IMG/VR virus record: IMGVR_UViG_3300036924_000004
Strand: one strand, 5' to 3'
DNA: 43,770 bases
DNA from: a virus
Shown: positions 41,038 through 43,770 of the stretch, one piece after another
How the letters are laid out: each line of letters opens with the position of its first letter
Numbering within the stretch: position 1 is the first letter of the stretch
Translations under genes and position numbers: made by a program
The notes under the pieces: generated by a model
What the model saw: the letters and a program-made list of their open reading frames with translations, nothing else
The model's database searches: none
What the model was told of the DNA's origin: nothing

Positions 41038-41673
41038 TTGTTAGAGCAAGCTATTCAAACGTTAACGCAGCACGTAGCCGCGCTGACAGAAACCGTAAAA
41101 ACTCTAGACCAGTCGATAAAAGCCGCTAATACCATTAGCGCTAAACCGAAAGCCACTCGAAAGCCTACCAAGGCGAGCGCGTCCAAGGACAAGGCGGAGG
41201 CCCCCCGCGAGCAGGTGCAGATAGACGCTAACGGTAACGGCGTGACGATGTCACAAGCGCCACAGCCACAAGCGCCACAGCCACAAGCGCCACAGCCACA
41301 AGCGCCACAGCCACAGCAGTACGCCGCAACTTTCGTTCCGGGCCAAGGGTACTCACCGGGTGTTCCCCCTTACGCTCCGCACGCTCCGGAAGCCGTGTAT
41401 CAACCGCCGCCGCCGCCCCAAGCTCCGCAGCAGTACGCGCCTCCCGCGCAACCCTTACCGCCGCCGGCTAATCAAGCGCCTCTTGAGATAACCGAGCAAA
41501 CGGTACGAGATGCGCTTGTAGGCCTTTACAAGGAGACTATGGACAATACGATAACCGCGCAGATACTAGCGCCTTTTGGGGCTAAGACAGCTATAGACCT
41601 AAAGCCTGATCAGCTAGTTCCGGTGTACAATGCGATTCAGGAACGCCGGGCGCAAATACCTAGACGAGGGTAG
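41038..41673 (+). CDS. P/Q-rich protein: coiled-coil N-terminus, PQPQA repeats, small globular C-terminus
   Basis: TTG start 9 nt after AAGGAG. (PQPQA)x4 is followed by about 70 aa of P/Q/A/Y-rich sequence. Confidence 0.65.
   Translation: MLEQAIQTLTQHVAALTETVKTLDQSIKAANTISAKPKATRKPTKASASKDKAEAPREQVQIDANGNGVTMSQAPQPQAPQPQAPQPQAPQPQQYAATFVPGQGYSPGVPPYAPHAPEAVYQPPPPPQAPQQYAPPAQPLPPPANQAPLEITEQTVRDALVGLYKETMDNTITAQILAPFGAKTAIDLKPDQLVPVYNAIQERRAQIPRRG
41254..41313 (+). repeat. 15-bp x4 perfect tandem repeat caagcgccacagcca (coding)
   Basis: Units at 41254, 41269, 41284 and 41299. Confidence 0.95.
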
Positions 41674-41680
41674 AACTACT

Positions 41681-42880
41681 ATGAATAAAGACAGGTTTAG
41701 CTTAGCGGCGTCCAACGCCCATAGGTACTTGACTTGCTTGGCGTCTCCTCGCGAAGAGGCGCGGTATAAAAGAGCGAGGACTAAATATACGGAAGAGGGC
41801 GACATCGCCCACGCGCTTTTAACTAAGTGCTTCGAGGATAACGTAGACCCCCTGGAATGCGTTGGGCATACCGTTAAGGTTCTTAACAAGGGCTTTGAGG
41901 GCGTTGTTACCAAGGAAATGGCGGCCGCCGTAAGCCAAGCTTATGACTTCGCTATTGGCGTAAAAGAGTCTTGTGGCGGAGACCTGCACACGGAGTACCC
42001 TTTCGGCTTAAGCTGGTTAAAGCCGGGGCAAAGCGGAATAGCCGACATCATAATCATGGACATGAAGTCCAAAACTATGCACATCATGGACTTTAAATAC
42101 GGTAGTGGTCACCTAGTCGACGCCGAATGGAATGAGCAAATGTTAATTTACGCCGAGGCGGCGCGGCGCGCTTTACTCATGTTTTACGGGCCTATAGCGC
42201 GCATTAAGCTTTACATACTGCAACCACGACGAGAGCACTACTCGGTATGGGATTTAACGGTAGACAAGCTAAGAGACTGGGTTAACGGCGTAGTCCTGCC
42301 AACGGCTAAACGGATATCCGACGGCAATGACTTACCCTACGTACCGAGTGAAAAAGCTTGCAAATTCTGTAGGGCTAAAGGTGAGTGCCGCGCGCTAGCC
42401 GAAGAGGCCCTTAAAACCGTATCGGAGGGTTTCGGCCCAGTTAATGGAGTGCGGCTAGAAGAGCCTATCGAGCTTAAGCCAACTACGGCCTTATCGGTAG
42501 ACGAGGTATTTGCTTGCAAAAGCGCCGTTAAGCTAATAAGGCTATGGTGCGACGCCATAGATGATAAGGCTAAGGAGTACCTGGAAGTAGGCCTAGCAGA
42601 CGAGTCCTGCGGCTGGAAGCTAGGCGAGGCTACAACTAAGCGTAAGTGGCTAGACGAGGAAAAGGTAGATAAGGCGTTAGCGCGTGCTGGGGTCCCTGTA
42701 GATGCAAGACGCAAGACCACGCTAATATCACCAGCACAAGTCGAGAAAAAGCTAGGCTCTGATCACCCTATCCTTAAGAAATACGCGGTTAAGCCTAAAG
42801 GCGGCCCAGTGGTTATACCGGTAAGTGACCCACGGGAAGCGGTGAACCCAGCGAAAGGCTTCGGCCCTGTTTTGGTATGA
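41681..42880 (+). CDS. PD-(D/E)XK exonuclease, DUF2800/Cas4-like with C-terminal Cys cluster
   Basis: ADIIIMDMKSKTMHIMDFKYG (D...D-x-K), QMLIYA, CKFCRAKGEC. ATG 41681 (track ORF starts upstream at 41630, inside the previous gene). Confidence 0.8.
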   Translation: MNKDRFSLAASNAHRYLTCLASPREEARYKRARTKYTEEGDIAHALLTKCFEDNVDPLECVGHTVKVLNKGFEGVVTKEMAAAVSQAYDFAIGVKESCGGDLHTEYPFGLSWLKPGQSGIADIIIMDMKSKTMHIMDFKYGSGHLVDAEWNEQMLIYAEAARRALLMFYGPIARIKLYILQPRREHYSVWDLTVDKLRDWVNGVVLPTAKRISDGNDLPYVPSEKACKFCRAKGECRALAEEALKTVSEGFGPVNGVRLEEPIELKPTTALSVDEVFACKSAVKLIRLWCDAIDDKAKEYLEVGLADESCGWKLGEATTKRKWLDEEKVDKALARAGVPVDARRKTTLISPAQVEKKLGSDHPILKKYAVKPKGGPVVIPVSDPREAVNPAKGFGPVLV

Positions 42881-42911
42881 ACTTTATTTAGGTCCGACAC
42901 TAAGTTTTTAC

Positions 42912-42940
42912 TTGAAATCGGGCTTCACTAACTGTATAAA
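42912..42940 (+). promoter_or_regulatory. sigma70-like promoter TTGAAA-N17-TATAAA upstream of the repeat array and SSB gene
   Basis: Hexamers at 42912-42917 and 42935-42940. Confidence 0.5.
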
Positions 42941-42949
42941 AAATTAACT

Positions 42950-43041
42950 AAAGTAACAGCGTAACAAAGTAACAGCGTAACAAAGTAACAGCGTAACAAA
43001 GTAACAGCGTAACAAAGTAACAGCGTAACAAAGTAACAGCG
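42950..43041 (+). repeat. 16-bp tandem repeat aaagtaacagcgtaac x5.75 (11 GTAACA hexamers at 8-nt spacing), non-coding
   Basis: Direct reading with zero mismatches. Hexamers occur at 42953 + 8n for n = 0..10. Confidence 0.97.
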
Positions 43042-43082
43042 AAAACGAAAATTTTAACAGCTTTTAAAAGGAACCACGTAAC

Positions 43083-43770
43083 ATGGCAAGACTAATGTTC
43101 AAAGACGTGCGGGTGTCTTTCCCCGCACTATTTAGCAGCCCGGTCATTAACGGAAAAGAAGCCAAGATGGGGGCTAAACTCCTGTTAGACCCGGCTAAAG
43201 ACGCCGCCTATGTGCAGCAGACAAACGAGGCTATAACCCGAGTAATGCAGGAAAAGTGGGGAGCTAACCCGCCGCAAATACCAGCCGACAAGTATTGCTT
43301 GCGTATAGGCAATCGACCCGAATATCAAGGAGCGCTAGTGCTTACCGCTAGCAATAAAAACAGGCCCTGGGTGTGGGACTCAGACGGACAGACCCGCATC
43401 GACGACGAAAGTAGGTGCCGTATATATTCCGGCTGCCGGGTAAACGCCGCAGTCGATATCTATGCTTTCGTTCACAAGCAGTACGGGGCGCAGATTAGCG
43501 CCGAGCTAGTAGCTATCCAGTTTAACGGCGACGACGTTCCGCTTGAAGGTGGCGTGATAACACGCGAGCAAGCAGCGGAGGGCTTCGGCTCGGTAAATGC
43601 GGTTAGCCCAATGCCAGGAATGCCAGGCCCCGGCGCCGGACTTCCACAAGGCTATCCTGCTCCAGCAGCGCAACCGCCACAAGGCTATCCTGCTCCAGCA
43701 GCGCAACCGCCACAAGGCTATCCTGCTCCAGCAGCGCAACCGCCACAAGGCTATCCTGCTCCAGCAGCGC
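43083..43770 (+). CDS. ssDNA-binding protein (T7 gp2.5 / DUF2815-like), 5' portion; continues at 1..185
   Basis: MARLMFKDVRVSFPALF... N-terminus is typical of gp2.5-like SSBs found next to DUF2800 nucleases and family A polymerases. The C-terminal part is PQGYPAPAAQP repeats running off the window end. Confidence 0.8.
   Translation, partial: MARLMFKDVRVSFPALFSSPVINGKEAKMGAKLLLDPAKDAAYVQQTNEAITRVMQEKWGANPPQIPADKYCLRIGNRPEYQGALVLTASNKNRPWVWDSDGQTRIDDESRCRIYSGCRVNAAVDIYAFVHKQYGAQISAELVAIQFNGDDVPLEGGVITREQAAEGFGSVNAVSPMPGMPGPGAGLPQGYPAPAAQPPQGYPAPAAQPPQGYPAPAAQPPQGYPAPAA
43660..43770 (+). repeat. 33-bp tandem repeat, 3 units plus a 12-nt partial; same family as 1-131
   Basis: Units at 43660, 43693 and 43726, with a partial unit at 43759-43770. 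Confidence 0.95.

Noticed and set aside
42950-43041. Possibility that the 16-bp array is a CRISPR array
   Set aside because: The units are contiguous with no spacers and are far shorter than CRISPR repeats. No cas genes are present.
43506-43748. Minus-strand ORF translating the 33-bp repeats (WRLRCWSRIAL repeats), and minus-strand ORFs 41614..41913 and 42337..42720
   Set aside because: These are shadow frames of the SSB, P/Q-rich and nuclease genes. The + frames have recognisable domains and operon continuity.
1-43770. TAG stop-codon reassignment suggested by the abundance of TAG/CTAG
   Set aside because: All large genes are intact and contiguous under the standard code, and several end at TAG (for example the primase-helicase at 35643-35645). 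CTAG arises across codon boundaries.

Overview
All family assignments here come from motif recognition by eye; no searches were run. The window reads as one complete tailed-phage genome of about 43.7 kb. It has been opened inside a coding 33-bp tandem repeat. The same repeat sits at nt 1-131 and 43660-43770, and one gene (T7 gp2.5-like SSB, 43083..43770 plus 1..185) crosses the junction in frame. The molecule is therefore circular or circularly permuted in this representation.

Layout:
(i) A + strand replication/early-middle operon runs 41038 -> junction -> 7075. It encodes a P/Q-rich protein, a DUF2800-type PD-(D/E)XK nuclease, the SSB, a family A DNA polymerase, VRR-NUC, an SNF2 helicase, an M15 peptidase, small proteins, a holin-like protein, two lipoproteins and a tandem LuxR-HTH protein.
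(ii) A - strand late operon runs 26931 -> 7084. It encodes TerS, TerL, portal, a Mu-F-like protein, scaffold, capsid, neck proteins, sheath, tube, a chaperone with a -1 frameshift, tape measure, baseplate and fibre. This indicates a contractile-tail virion.
(iii) An accessory island at 27.1-32.3 kb holds four short divergent operons: DUF1353; SLOG/DUF2493-like; membrane proteins plus a pentapeptide-repeat protein; and a LuxR-like operon.
(iv) A 765-bp non-coding AT-rich/iteron region (putative ori) lies upstream of an AEP-primase/SF3-helicase gene.
(v) A - strand early operon runs 40885 -> 35653 with 14 small ORFs, almost all unknown.

No integrase, repressor, tRNA, CRISPR array or reverse transcriptase was seen.

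The most unusual structure is a perfect array of 11 phased GTAACA octamers. It lies between a strong promoter and the SSB start codon (42950-43041). Other notable points are:
- an exact 17-mer shared by three promoter regions;
- a 15-bp inverted repeat pair at the late/accessory control region;
- a stand-alone degenerate DHHA1-like protein;
- a triplicated novel domain in the early operon;
- a genome-wide excess of CTAG.
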